A stretch of DNA of 64,000 nucleotides from a virus (Duplodnaviria > Caudoviricetes): positions 1 through 64,000 of the IMG/VR virus record IMGVR_UViG_3300025706_000021; one strand, 5' to 3'. Under the pieces are notes generated by a model that made no database searches, was not told the DNA's origin, and saw nothing but the letters and a program-made list of their open reading frames with translations. The position numbers and the translations under genes were made by a program. Positions 37,765 to 47,889 of the stretch are shown one piece after another. The first letter of the stretch is position 1; every line of letters starts with the position of its first letter.

Positions 37765-39273
37765 ATGACAATCGTCCAGATCGCGCACAATGCAGTAACG
37801 GCAAAGCTCATAGGGGCTTCAAGAGAGGTCAAACTTGAGGTTCAGCGAGTGTTGTCCTACCGCGTCGCCGGTTGCGAACACATGGCTGCATTTCAGTCGA
37901 GCGATTGGGACGGGCGTTCGTCGTTTCTTGACTACGCAGCGGGTACTTTCCCGCGAGGCTTCGTCACCTACGTCTATTCGGCGCTGACAAAAGCAGGCTA
38001 CAAGGTTCAGGTCGTCAAAAAGCCCTTCCCTACCCCGCTAGGCCCGAAAAAAACCGTTGTTGATGCTTTTCCCGAAGAGGAACGCTACAACTACCAGCCC
38101 GAAGTGGTCGAAAAGCTCGAAAAACACGGGCAAATCATCGCCCAAGTTGCTACCGGTGGTGGGAAATCACGCATCGCTAAGCTCGCCACAGCCCGAATCG
38201 GTCGCCCTACCCTGTTTTTGACTACGCGAGGGGTGCTGATGTACCAAATGGCGAAGTCATTCAAGTCGATCAACAAAAAAGTCGCAATCCTGGGTGATGG
38301 AAACCTCGAAATCTCCCGCGAGGTGACTTGCGGCATGGTTCAAACCATCATGGCATGGTTGAAAGAACCAGATCCGAAGGATTTGAGCGCGGTTCAGCAG
38401 CGCCAGGTCGCCCGCCGACAGAAAATGATCGAGGCGCTCTCGACATTCGAGTTTGTCATTCTCGAAGAAGCACATGAAGCGTCTGGAAACAGCTATTTTG
38501 AGATCCTGCGTCACTGCAAGAACGCTCACTACCGCCTGGCGCTGACCGGAACGCCCTTCATGAAGGATGATGAAGAGGCAAACATGCGTCTGATGGCGTC
38601 ATCCGGCCCAATTGCGATCAAAGTCACCGAAAAGCGACTGATCGACAGCGGCATTCTCGCGAAACCCTACTTCAAGTACGTCACACTCAAGGAACCACCC
38701 AAAAAGCTGTATCGCTCGACTCCCTGGCAGCGCGCCATTGAGGTTGGGATCGTTGGGCACGAAATGCGTAACAAGCACATTGTCGCCGAGTGTCTGCGCG
38801 CAAAGCGTTACGGCATGTCGATCATGGTTCTGGTGCAGCGAAAAGAGCATGGGAACGTCCTGTGCGAGCTTATGGGCAACGCCGGTCTCCGCGCTGAGTA
38901 CATCTACGGGGACGACAACCAGGAAGAACGCGAGCGCTGCCTTGCGAAGCTGGGCAACAAGCAAATCGACGTTCTGATCGGGACAACGATCATGGATGTC
39001 GGTGTCGATGTTCCAGCGGTCGGCATGGTCATTCTCGCGGGTGGCGGGAAAGCAGAAGTCGCCCTGCGCCAGCGTGTCGGTCGCGGTCTTCGAGAAAAGA
39101 AGGACGGATCGCCAAACGTCGCGTTCATCATCGACTTTGCAGACGACTTCAACACGCACCTCAAGGCGCACTACAAGCAGCGTCGCTTCATCATCGAAAG
39201 CACAGAGGGATTCAATGAAAACATCGTTCCAGACTTCGACTTCGCAGGACTCGGATTCAAACGAGCAGCCTAA
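37765..39273 (+). CDS. SF2 DEAD/DEAH-like helicase
   Basis: ATGGGKS, LEEAH, LTGTP, DVGVDVP, QRVGRGLR. Confidence 0.92.
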   Translation: MTIVQIAHNAVTAKLIGASREVKLEVQRVLSYRVAGCEHMAAFQSSDWDGRSSFLDYAAGTFPRGFVTYVYSALTKAGYKVQVVKKPFPTPLGPKKTVVDAFPEEERYNYQPEVVEKLEKHGQIIAQVATGGGKSRIAKLATARIGRPTLFLTTRGVLMYQMAKSFKSINKKVAILGDGNLEISREVTCGMVQTIMAWLKEPDPKDLSAVQQRQVARRQKMIEALSTFEFVILEEAHEASGNSYFEILRHCKNAHYRLALTGTPFMKDDEEANMRLMASSGPIAIKVTEKRLIDSGILAKPYFKYVTLKEPPKKLYRSTPWQRAIEVGIVGHEMRNKHIVAECLRAKRYGMSIMVLVQRKEHGNVLCELMGNAGLRAEYIYGDDNQEERERCLAKLGNKQIDVLIGTTIMDVGVDVPAVGMVILAGGGKAEVALRQRVGRGLREKKDGSPNVAFIIDFADDFNTHLKAHYKQRRFIIESTEGFNENIVPDFDFAGLGFKRAA

Positions 39274-39289
39274 CCAACCGGAAACACAA

Positions 39290-39562
39290 ATGATACCAAA
39301 TCAAGGTTTGCCCATCGTCTATCTCAACTGCCTGATCGTCGTGATGATCGGACTGCTAGGGTGGGTCACGAACAACCCCCTTACCGTTATGGGGCTTCTT
39401 CTACTACAGAACGTGCCCGTAGTCGATTCGAACACCATGATGGCTATGGCATTCGCTGGTCAGCAACAGCAAGGCGCAGAAGAAGACCCCGAACACCCGC
39501 ATGACTCTGGCGACCACAAGATCGGCTACCTTGCACAAATGCGCGAAAAAGTCGCAGCATAA
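39290..39562 (+). CDS. Small membrane protein
   Basis: Two hydrophobic segments after MIPNQGLP. Confidence 0.55.
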   Translation: MIPNQGLPIVYLNCLIVVMIGLLGWVTNNPLTVMGLLLLQNVPVVDSNTMMAMAFAGQQQQGAEEDPEHPHDSGDHKIGYLAQMREKVAA

Positions 39563-39614
39563 ACTGCATGCTTGCTATAATCAAAAACATGCAAGCACAA
39601 ACAAGGGGAACAGA

Positions 39615-39893
39615 ATGTCACAAATCACACGAATGACCATCGCATTCGACAGCGCAACACCGGCCAGGCTGAAAGAGGTTTCTGAAAAATTCGACATCAG
39701 CTATGCCCGCCTGATCGCCTGCTTGCTCGCTCTTCGTGACGAGCAGATCAAGCAGGTTATCTCCGACCACTACAATGACTTATTCCCGAGCGCTGCACAG
39801 CGCCACAAGAAAGAGCGTGAAATTCTCGACATCACCAAGGGCTACACGCCCGAGCAGCTTGCCGAGATCCTGAACAAGAAGGAGCAATCATGA
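39615..39893 (+). CDS. Ribbon-helix-helix-like DNA-binding protein
   Basis: RMTIAFD...RLKEVSEKFDISYARLIACLL. Confidence 0.5.
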   Translation: MSQITRMTIAFDSATPARLKEVSEKFDISYARLIACLLALRDEQIKQVISDHYNDLFPSAAQRHKKEREILDITKGYTPEQLAEILNKKEQS

Positions 39894-40390
39894 GCGAAGA
39901 CTACCTGACAGAAGAAGACCTCGAAGCGCTCGAAAGTCTGAAGGACATCGAACCCGAAGCTGCGGAAGCCCCATCGCCAAGGTCTGCAATTCCCGCAACC
40001 GACAAAGACTGCATGGAAACTGTCGGCCTCATTCTCGCGAAGTACCCAAAAGCATTCGACAACCACCTTCACTGGGTAATCGACATGCTCGCGATCTTCA
40101 ACAAGACTGGGTTCAAGCCAACCTACAGAATGCTCGCGAACCCGCCAAAGGGCGCAGACAGCATCACAGAACTTCCCGAAACACTCGCGATCATCAACAA
40201 GCACGTTTCGACCGCAATGCTCGCGGAACTCGAAAAGCACGTTGATGCCTGGTGCGCAGAACACAAGGAAGATCCTCAAAGCAAGATCGCAATTTTCGAA
40301 ACAGACGAAGGCGGCTTCTCGTACAGCGAATCGACAACCACGGTCGAAGACGCTCCTTCGAAAGACAAAAAAGGATGGGCAAGCTGGTGA
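39890..40390 (+). CDS. Hypothetical protein ending GWASW
   Basis: 166 aa, ATGA coupling. Confidence 0.65.
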   Translation: MSEDYLTEEDLEALESLKDIEPEAAEAPSPRSAIPATDKDCMETVGLILAKYPKAFDNHLHWVIDMLAIFNKTGFKPTYRMLANPPKGADSITELPETLAIINKHVSTAMLAELEKHVDAWCAEHKEDPQSKIAIFETDEGGFSYSESTTTVEDAPSKDKKGWASW

Positions 40391-40854
40391 GCGAAACTAA
40401 AGATTGGGCAGGACTGCTTCGTTCGTTTCTCGACGATAAGGGACATCCTGGCGGAATCATGAGCAAGGAATTCTCCGACTACATCACGATGCCGAAAGAA
40501 CCTAAGTCACCACTGACGTTTCGTAAGAGTGGCTACACGGAAGACGAACTCAGTCTGTTCCGCAGTGTTCCGCCTAGCTGCGCTTCAGTGGACAAGTACG
40601 GTGAGATCACAAGGGGCGATCCCACCTCAATCTCCATCAGCGCTCTCGATGCCTCTAAAGTAAAGCTGGATGATGTCGCTCTTAGCATGGAAAAACTCAA
40701 GCGGGCGATTGACGATGACCTAGCTCTGAAATTCGAAAGGGCAGCAAGGAGGGCAGAAGCGGTTCGAAAACCCAAAACCCCTGACGAGCCAAATGAAGTG
40801 TCTGCGGGTGAAGCGCCGCCCGCGATGAACAGCGAACTAGCAGGGAGTTGGTAA
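40387..40854 (+). CDS. Hypothetical protein ending LAGSW
   Basis: GTGA overlap start. Confidence 0.55.
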   Translation: MSETKDWAGLLRSFLDDKGHPGGIMSKEFSDYITMPKEPKSPLTFRKSGYTEDELSLFRSVPPSCASVDKYGEITRGDPTSISISALDASKVKLDDVALSMEKLKRAIDDDLALKFERAARRAEAVRKPKTPDEPNEVSAGEAPPAMNSELAGSW

Positions 40855-41129
40855 TGGCAATCTCAACCTTCAAAGACTTTCTCGCCCAGGCAACCCAACG
40901 CAGCAAGGAGGCGGACATGGACTGGGGACGCGATCCCTCAACAAGCGTTCGCATTCCCAGCGGTGCATTGCGTCTTAGTGGTGGTCGCAACAGCAAAAGC
41001 TACGTGAAGAAGCACTATCAGGAATACAAGAAGATGGAGAACTACGGCGGCGCTGTTAATGAAATACCGACTGATGGTGAGCGCTACAGCGAAGAGAAGC
41101 CCAAGCCAGAAGATTGGGGAAGCTGGTAA
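40854..41129 (+). CDS. Hypothetical protein ending DWGSW
   Basis: TAATG coupling. Confidence 0.6.
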   Translation: MAISTFKDFLAQATQRSKEADMDWGRDPSTSVRIPSGALRLSGGRNSKSYVKKHYQEYKKMENYGGAVNEIPTDGERYSEEKPKPEDWGSW

Positions 41130-41293
41130 GGCTACGGGTCGAGGCGCCAGCCTCGGGCCACGCCAAACTGTAAGGATCAATGGGGGCTTCGGCCCCTTTC
41201 CTTTTGGTGCGTTCGCTGTTCCCGAATTCCGAATACTTCTTGTTCTACTTCCGAAGTATAAGGATCGGTATATGCCTTGGATCTTGTGCCAGG

Positions 41294-41420
41294 ACTATAA
41301 GGAATGCGGTCGTCGAACCGTGGGCAATCGCAAACTATAAGGAAGGGAATCTCGCGGTCGCACTGATGGCAAACTATACTGATGGCAAACTATAAGGAAG
41401 GCAAACTATAAGGAAGGCAA
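41294..41420. repeat. GGCAAACTATAAGGAA repeats
   Basis: Copies at 41294, 41331, 41368 (partial), 41384 and 41400. Confidence 0.85.
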
Positions 41421-41533
41421 TTCTTGTGGAAAAAAATTTCCGACGATCCGCTCGGGGTAGGTGAAAATTGTCTAAGACTATCGGGTTTGTGGGGTGATAG
41501 GTTTTCCCTATCACCCATTGTCCCATACGCTGA

Positions 41534-41767
41534 TTAGCTCAAAAGATCAAGCGTTATGTCAGCGCTATTCATTAGCAATTCATGAACTTCTATCTCGCTC
41601 ATGTCATCAACTGCTGCACTGCATGAGTGACGCCCCTTTGCAGGGATGCCCGTAGATGCTACAGGGGCGCTCTCAGTTGCGCTTTCTTTCTCTTCTGCTG
41701 CACTGGTATCAACAAGCGTGCTAGAAGCGATTACAGAGCGTTTCCCGATCAATTCGAAGATGTTCAT
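41534..41767 (-). CDS. Hypothetical protein
   Basis: 77 aa, purine-rich RBS. Confidence 0.45.
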   Translation of the reverse strand: MNIFELIGKRSVIASSTLVDTSAAEEKESATESAPVASTGIPAKGRHSCSAAVDDMSEIEVHELLMNSADITLDLLS

Positions 41768-41831
41768 TTTCTTTCTTTCTTAGCAGAAGGGGCGCCCGTA
41801 GTGGGCGCCCTTGTGGTTAGTTACAAGTGAC

Positions 41832-42446
41832 TTATTTTTCAGCAGTCAGAAGGGCGAAGGTTTCATCGCCCATTGTTTCGAGACGCATCGCATAAGCGAC
41901 CAAGAACGGGTGCGCAGCATTGACCACTTCAAACGAATGCTTATCGACAGAGCGCACAATCCCAAGGGCACCCAAGAAACCGCCCGTGCCCACAGTGCGG
42001 GAACATTGACTAACCCGCGTTCCCTCGTTCGGTATGCTACCCAGGAACTTAGCGAGACGGGCACGGGAAACGCCCTTAATTGCTGCGGTGTTTTCATCGC
42101 CCGTACCGCCCATTGCAAAGCGCATATTCTGAAAGTTAATTGTTTTATCTTTCGATTGCGCAATGCTTGCAACGATCAACGCGGTGGCTTTGTCGAAACC
42201 CGCGACCATATCGCCCGCGACGAATGCGACCGCTTGAGCGAGACGCTTAAGGGCTTTTTGGTTCGTCATTTTCGCGACCGTTTCGCCCTCGAAAGCGCCC
42301 GCGACGAATTCGCAATTACCTTCGCTTGCAAAGCGTAGAATCGCTTTGATGTCGCCCGGCGTTGCGCCCTTCGCGTTCAGACGTTCAGCTTGTTGCACGA
42401 ATGCAGAATTGATCGTAACGATAATTTTGTTGGTTTGCTTTTTCAT
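41832..42446 (-). CDS. Hypothetical protein
   Basis: 204 aa preceded by ~500 bp AT-rich non-coding DNA. Confidence 0.65.
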   Translation of the reverse strand: MKKQTNKIIVTINSAFVQQAERLNAKGATPGDIKAILRFASEGNCEFVAGAFEGETVAKMTNQKALKRLAQAVAFVAGDMVAGFDKATALIVASIAQSKDKTINFQNMRFAMGGTGDENTAAIKGVSRARLAKFLGSIPNEGTRVSQCSRTVGTGGFLGALGIVRSVDKHSFEVVNAAHPFLVAYAMRLETMGDETFALLTAEK

Positions 42447-43148
42447 GGTGATTTCCCTATGTAAAAAAAAGGTTGGTTTGTTTTTTGTTTAAAAGAACAT
42501 TGTTCGAGCATGCACCAAAAGCGCTTGCTAGTTCAGGGCACCCCGTCAGAGATTGAACCTGACTCCCTTGCTCACTTGGGGCGGGTATTTCGTTTGCCCC
42601 TTGCTTGAGACAAATAGTCTCATGAACTTTCGAAACAGTGCAAGCATTTTTTAATAAAAAAGTGCATTAAACCGGCGATTGTTTATGAGAATCATTCTCA
42701 CGCTTTGCACTTGTAACGTGACATGGGCGCATGCGCGATTAGCACGAAAAACAGAGCGCACGCAAGAAAAATAATGCGAAAAATCGAAAATATATTTTGC
42801 GCATGCAAAGTGAATTTTAAGCGCCCGGAAACCCTTGTGCTGCAACGATCTTCGTCAGGATCGACGAATGACAATGAACTAATGCCCTAGTACCAAAGCG
42901 ACCAAAAACGCAAGGCAGCGCATTGGCATAGTGTTTAAGGGCATGCACAAATCAGGTGCATGAATGCACGCATATTTACCGGGCACGAGGCTTGCATGTA
43001 TATAGTGGAAACCCTATGTAGCAAAAGCACTACATAGTGGAAGCGCAATATGCGGCCCATTCTCATTTCGATGGATGTCGAAATGAGGACAACTCTCAAA
43101 CAAGGACGGTTCTCAACTGGCCCGACCGTACTTGGATTCTTCACTCTG

Positions 43149-43202
43149 TATGGAAACTAAGCCGTATATTGGATCACCGCCGTATATGGACAGCAAGCCG
43201 TA
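43149..43202. promoter_or_regulatory. Three contiguous 18-bp TATGGN-N6-GCCGTA operator-like units
   Basis: 43149-66, 43167-84 (variant), 43185-202; more copies at 43871, 43887, 44678, 45978, 51969, 55131, 55176. Confidence 0.65.
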
Positions 43203-43268
43203 CCATGCCACCCAGCCGAGGCTCACGCTTTGCAGATCCAGGTACGCAAGCTGCGTACCCTTGTTGGA

Positions 43269-43460
43269 TCAGTACCAATCAGACTGACGATGGCGAAGCG
43301 ACTTGTTCTTCTGCCGCTCCCGCAGTTCTTTGATCTCTGCCTTCATTTGCATTTCCTCGTAGGGATCGCCCCCGAGATCTTCATCACCAGGAAGGTCATC
43401 AACATCGGACAGCGCTTCCAGGTTGAGTTCGTAGGTCGGCATGTAGTAATCGCGGCTCAT
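43269..43460 (-). CDS. Small acidic hypothetical protein
   Basis: MSRDYY..., 63 aa with GGGAAG RBS. Confidence 0.45.
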   Translation of the reverse strand: MSRDYYMPTYELNLEALSDVDDLPGDEDLGGDPYEEMQMKAEIKELRERQKNKSLRHRQSDWY

Positions 43461-44239
43461 GCTCTTCCCCTTACTTGAAACGAGGAATGTGACCAAGCAC
43501 CATGCAATGCGCTTGATGGAAGGGAACGCCCTGATTACGCAGATAACGGACACCCACGTAAGGCCCGATCTTCTTCAGCATCTTCATCAACTTGGCATTC
43601 AGACTGGCAGACATTTCAAACTCCCTAAGAACCGCAGCACGTCGCTGCATGTTTCACAGTTTGAAAGTACCGCTACGGCTGTCACAGTGCGTCTGTGTTG
43701 CGTTTGGCAAGCGCTGGGTAGGTATCGCCCTACCCTACAGCGCTCAACACGCTCCAACGCTGTGCCTCAATTGGAACAACCGTGTGCCTATGTTGGAAAG
43801 ACCCTAACATGGGAACGAAAGACCCCATTTGTGGGCCTTGGAAAGAAAGACTCAAGGAACCTGGGCTGTATATGGAAACACAGCCGTATGGTTGCCCTGC
43901 CGTACTCAGTATTTCACCAATTCTTCTGGATGAAATTGATGGGTGGTCATCTTTCCGTATGTCAGCCTCGCTGTTCTTTCATCCACCTTCTCGTACTGCA
44001 CGCCACTGTACGGACAATGAAATCGATCACGCACATTCAATAAACCAAATGGCACCAGTTTCTCGGCGTATTCCTCTGCCATCAGAACACCTCAATATCG
44101 CCATACATGGCAACACCCACTGCCACGAAGATTGCGCCTACCAACCAGCCGCTCATTTTCAATAGTTCGATGGTGACTTCGTACATGATGCGCTCCCGTT
44201 GTTGATGCTTCACAGTATGGGAGCGCAGTCACGGCTGAT

Positions 44240-44440
44240 TTAGCTGATCTCGATCTCCATCCGTTCAACCATCGCCATCTTGTGTATCGTTGCACCCGCC
44301 TTGGCAAAGCACTCACGCATGTAGTCGAAGAAACCCTCTTCCTTGAGGCTGCTCAATAGTTCTTCATCCATGTTTCGGCTGATGACCCTGTGCGTATCAC
44401 CGTTAAGGCCGTATTCGATTACGAGGTCTTGCGTTGCCAT
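44240..44440 (-). CDS. Hypothetical protein
   Basis: 66 aa with AAGGAG RBS. Confidence 0.55.
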   Translation of the reverse strand: MATQDLVIEYGLNGDTHRVISRNMDEELLSSLKEEGFFDYMRECFAKAGATIHKMAMVERMEIEIS

Positions 44441-44781
44441 ACTGGCTCCTTTTGTTGTTGCCTGCCGGGTTGGCCGGTACTGAATTTTAACCGTTCAGTC
44501 ACCAGTGCCTTTGCCTGGTTCCAAGAGACTGTGAAATATTTCACGTTTTGGGGCCAAATTGGCACAATTTCCCACTTTGGCTTTACTCACTCGGCGAGCG
44601 ATTTCTTCAATTCCCCACTTTTGCCTCAATTCCGGGGTGTTTTTGGTAGTGTTTTCCCACTTCTGGATTTGCCTCTGTATGGCTGACTAGCCGTTTCTTA
44701 TAACCAAAATCGATAAGGAAAGGGAAAATTCACAGATTTCGTGATGGAATAAGACAATTGACACAAATTTTGCGCGCCAAA

Positions 44782-44913
44782 CCTTATATTGCACATAGCC
44801 CTTATATTGTTAAGTCTTCATAGTCTTCATTGTCTTCATTGTTAAGTCTTCATTGTTAAGTCTTCATTGTTAAGTCTTGCGTGCCTTTCTTGAGTGCCTT
44901 TCTTGAGTGCCTT
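44782..44913. repeat. AT-rich short tandem repeats
   Basis: ATTGTTAAGTCTTC x4 plus two truncated units; GTGCCTTTCTTGA x2.5; CCTTATATTG x2. Confidence 0.9.
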
Positions 44914-44959
44914 CATTGTTGTATCGTTGAATGCCAGGTGTTGTGTTATTGGTGGTGGG

Positions 44960-45145
44960 TGTTCTTCCTCTTACATTGTTCGCCTTTAGGTGTTTGTTCT
45001 TTCTCTTACATTTGAAGATATTCAAGCCTTTAGGTCTTTGTTCCTTCCCTTACATTGTCGAGGTGTTGTTGGTGGGCGTTTGTTCTTCCTCTTCATTTAA
45101 AGGTCGTGGAATACTGTGGTTGTCTTTGTTCTTCCTCTTTACGTT
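44960..45145. repeat. Five spaced ~18-bp direct repeats TGTTCTTCCTCTTACATT
   Basis: Starts at 44960, 44995, 45039, 45081, 45127, separated by non-identical spacers. Confidence 0.85.
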
Positions 45146-45164
45146 GCGGTTGCTTTTTAGGCTG

Positions 45165-45320
45165 TTACGTTGTTCCGTAGCTGTCTGTAGCCTTCTTCTG
45201 CACTATTACTTCCGTGGTCTTCTGCGCTGGTTCTTCGAGTTTGCTTGGATCTGTTGTGTTCAGGTATTCGATCCATTCGTTGATTCGTTGTTCTTTTGGT
45301 GCCTGGGTTGGATTTACCAT
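45165..45320 (-). CDS. Small hypothetical protein ending SYGTT
   Basis: ATG overlaps the upstream stop codon. Confidence 0.45.
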   Translation of the reverse strand: MVNPTQAPKEQRINEWIEYLNTTDPSKLEEPAQKTTEVIVQKKATDSYGTT

Positions 45321-45547
45321 GTTCCCCATCCTTCTTTGGTTGCCATTGCCATTGTCTGTTTGGGAGTTTTCGGACTGTTGGTCTTGCGGGCGATACGGCC
45401 ATACAAATGTTCGCTGACTTTCCCACCAGCAAGCGCTCTGACAGGTTCCCATTCGGTTCCGCTCATTGAGCGGTAGCGGTCATCCGTTGTCATGACCTCG
45501 CCGATGCTGAGAAACGAGTAGCCTGGTGGCGGCGGAATCAAGCTCAT
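45314..45547 (-). CDS. Small hypothetical protein ending GWGTW
   Basis: 77 aa, ATGA coupling. Confidence 0.55.
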   Translation of the reverse strand: MSLIPPPPGYSFLSIGEVMTTDDRYRSMSGTEWEPVRALAGGKVSEHLYGRIARKTNSPKTPKQTMAMATKEGWGTW

Positions 45548-45714
45548 GCCATCAAACCCAATTCGCGGGCACGCTTGATTGCCTCAAGTTCGACGTGACG
45601 TTCGGTGACACCCTCTTCGGTTGGATAGAATGCGAACGCATTCTCGATCAGCCTTTGGGTATCCCTGTCGCTGAATCCCGTTACCCTGCCGATGATGTCG
45701 AGTGCTTTAGACAT
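45544..45714 (-). CDS. Small hypothetical protein (not in ORF track)
   Basis: MSKALDIIGRVTGF..., 56 aa, overlapping neighbours at both ends. Confidence 0.5.
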   Translation of the reverse strand: MSKALDIIGRVTGFSDRDTQRLIENAFAFYPTEEGVTERHVELEAIKRARELGLMA

Positions 45715-45916
45715 TTGCATTTGCCATTACCCCTGAGTTTTTTAGGACTTCGATTGCCTTCTCTTTCGAGACCTGTTTGGTGGAAAGCAAGCGCTTGGCG
45801 AATTTGTACTCCATCCCTTCGATCCAGACTTTATCGTCCATGTCGTTTCGCTTTTCCGCGTAGGTGCGAACCACCACATTCGGGCCTTCGATTTTCATGG
45901 TCGAGAATATTTTCAT
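45707..45916 (-). CDS. Hypothetical protein
   Basis: 69-aa ORF. Confidence 0.5.
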   Translation of the reverse strand: MKIFSTMKIEGPNVVVRTYAEKRNDMDDKVWIEGMEYKFAKRLLSTKQVSKEKAIEVLKNSGVMANANV

Positions 45917-46185
45917 GGCTTACTTCCCCTGTTCTGATGCTGCTATTGTGACCGTGCGTTTGCGGATGTTTTCTCTATATGGCTACCTTGCCGTACCTTG
46001 AAAGACCCGTGCGGTTGGTGCTTTATTACCGAAAGTTATTGATTGCCAACACTGGATAGCGATTGGCTATATGCGGTTGTATCCCGGTTGCATCGCGGTT
46101 GTTTCAAGCATGCCTACGGTGCCGATAATATCCATTAAAAACAATGACTTACATGACAGTTGCAACCGCCACGGCTTGCGGGTCG

Positions 46186-46212
46186 AAAAAAGACCCTGAC
46201 CGAAGCCAGGGT
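46186..46212 (-). terminator. Intrinsic terminator with C(UUCG)G tetraloop
   Basis: ACCCTGGC-TTCG-GTCAGGGT-CTTTTTT on minus. Confidence 0.8.
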
Positions 46213-46240
46213 TAATGGAGTACACCATGAAAGTGTTCGG

Positions 46241-46621
46241 TTATTTGGCGGTCTTTTTCGCCTTCAATTCTTTGAGCTTTTCGAGGCGTTCGATCATCGG
46301 TTCGGGAGTTGCCGGGTAGTTAGTGCGGGTTCCTATTCGCAGAAACTCTGAGCGACAAGTGCCTGGGCCATCGAGAGTTACGAACTCGCACTTGTAACAG
46401 TCCGAATCGTTGATTCGGCAAAGCGAGCATGTGGTTTCATCAATGCAGAACGAATTGCCATTTGTGCCATACACCGTGAAGTTGGACAACTTGAGGTCGT
46501 GTCGTTTCAGGTTCTCTTCACGCAGTCCGATCCACTTTTTCAGCGAGTGATCGATTGCATTGGCGCGAGTGACCTTGCTGATCGGCGGGTAGAACTCTTT
46601 CTTCCAGGTTGCAATTCCCAT
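46241..46621 (-). CDS. Cys-containing hypothetical protein
   Basis: 126 aa; CSLC...CYKC motifs. Confidence 0.6.
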   Translation of the reverse strand: MGIATWKKEFYPPISKVTRANAIDHSLKKWIGLREENLKRHDLKLSNFTVYGTNGNSFCIDETTCSLCRINDSDCYKCEFVTLDGPGTCRSEFLRIGTRTNYPATPEPMIERLEKLKELKAKKTAK

Positions 46622-46768
46622 GATTTGCCTCGTTTGTTAAGACCCCAAAGAACAAAACGCCGTGTGCATAGGCATTACACACGCTACGACAGACCGGCCT
46701 AGTCTGACCCCTCCGTGCTGGGGAGCTTCCGACGCTTTGTTCTTTGGGTGCCCTTGCGGGCACGCCGA

Positions 46769-47068
46769 TTACACTTTCGACCAGACCACCGCGCATTCGT
46801 AGGCTTTCGCGTGATTGAGCAGCGTGGCGACCAGATCAACGGCAACCTGTTCTTCGAGCGGGCAGATGCCGTGCTTGAACGAGTGGGCATTCGCTAACGC
46901 CGTGGGCAACTGACCCACTTCGATGCGGCCTTCGGGCGGTGCTTTGCCCGTGTGGTTCTCGGACTCGCAGAAGTTATAGACCAGCATGTGCAGCGTGTAG
47001 TCATGCACTAAGGCGACGCCCGCACCGTTCTTGGTGTCGCGGCCCTCGATCTTGACTTTCAGTAGCAT
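46769..47068 (-). CDS. Hypothetical early protein
   Basis: 99 aa behind the repeated early leader motif. Confidence 0.55.
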   Translation of the reverse strand: MLLKVKIEGRDTKNGAGVALVHDYTLHMLVYNFCESENHTGKAPPEGRIEVGQLPTALANAHSFKHGICPLEEQVAVDLVATLLNHAKAYECAVVWSKV

Positions 47069-47150
47069 TTCGTTCCCATTGTTGTGTTGTCGATATGGTC
47101 ATTATGAAACCACGGGTGAGGCCCACCAATCTCACCCGTGACTGAGTGCC

Positions 47151-47405
47151 TTAGTAGCGCTTGTAGCGCCGAGCTTCCTCTTCGCGACGCTGCTTGTCGA
47201 TGGATTCCTGGGCGCGATCCTGCTGGCGCTGGTAGTCGTAGTCACGACGCGCAGCTTCGTTGCGGTTGTTGGCATCAACCTGCGCACACGCGGCAGTCGA
47301 TCCCGAGCAGACCCACCTTCCCTGCCCAACATAGGTCGTTTTGGGCGCATCGGCACCAATGGCGCTGGTGGCAATCAGGGCGAAAATCAAAACAGTCTTT
47401 TTCAT
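47151..47405 (-). CDS. Small exported protein
   Basis: Signal-peptide-like MKKTVLIFALIATSAIGA. Confidence 0.6.
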   Translation of the reverse strand: MKKTVLIFALIATSAIGADAPKTTYVGQGRWVCSGSTAACAQVDANNRNEAARRDYDYQRQQDRAQESIDKQRREEEARRYKRY

Positions 47406-47414
47406 GTCTTGCTC

Positions 47415-47588
47415 CTAGTCATCTTCTGCGAGAAAGATCAGCTTACACTGATCGTTTAGGCACCAATGCAACTGTTGCCCGTGTTGTTCTATGAAGTCCG
47501 TTCTGCTCTGACACAGCGGGCAGCGCATTGGCTGGTCACTGTTGAGGGAAACGTCGAGTTCTTCTGGTTTTACGCCGCCTTCAGTCAT
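47415..47588 (-). CDS. Zn-ribbon small protein
   Basis: CPLC...C...C. Confidence 0.5.
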   Translation of the reverse strand: MTEGGVKPEELDVSLNSDQPMRCPLCQSRTDFIEQHGQQLHWCLNDQCKLIFLAEDD

Positions 47589-47775
47589 CGCATGCCTCGA
47601 ACTTTGTGCCGTAAGGCAACTTACGGATGTGCCGCAAACCATCGTGATCGCGCATCTTGTTGATGGCCCAAAGCGCGTATTCTTCCTTGCTTTCTGACCT
47701 GCACGAACGAACACGGAAGGACGAAATGCTGCCCATATCGTCGATGAACGGCACCTTGCAGATGTACTTAGCCAT
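47581..47775 (-). CDS. Hypothetical protein
   Basis: 64 aa with GAGGT RBS. Confidence 0.5.
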   Translation of the reverse strand: MAKYICKVPFIDDMGSISSFRVRSCRSESKEEYALWAINKMRDHDGLRHIRKLPYGTKFEACDD

Positions 47776-47889
47776 ACAAATACCTCATTCGCGCCTCTAC
47801 ACGCCCAAGCGTGTCTACCCACGCCTCTGGCGTACCGATCAGACACACTAGGCGACCCTCATGCAGTGCTTCCGCGAGTGCGTCGAGCA

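Noticed and set aside
44960-45145. CRISPR array
   Set aside because: Repeats are only ~18 bp, degenerate and non-palindromic; spacers are 17-28 bp and uneven; no cas genes. Kept only as an iteron-like repeat.
44931-45476. 181-aa hydrophobic plus-strand ORF
   Set aside because: Arises from T-rich repeats and antisense of small minus-strand genes; low complexity.
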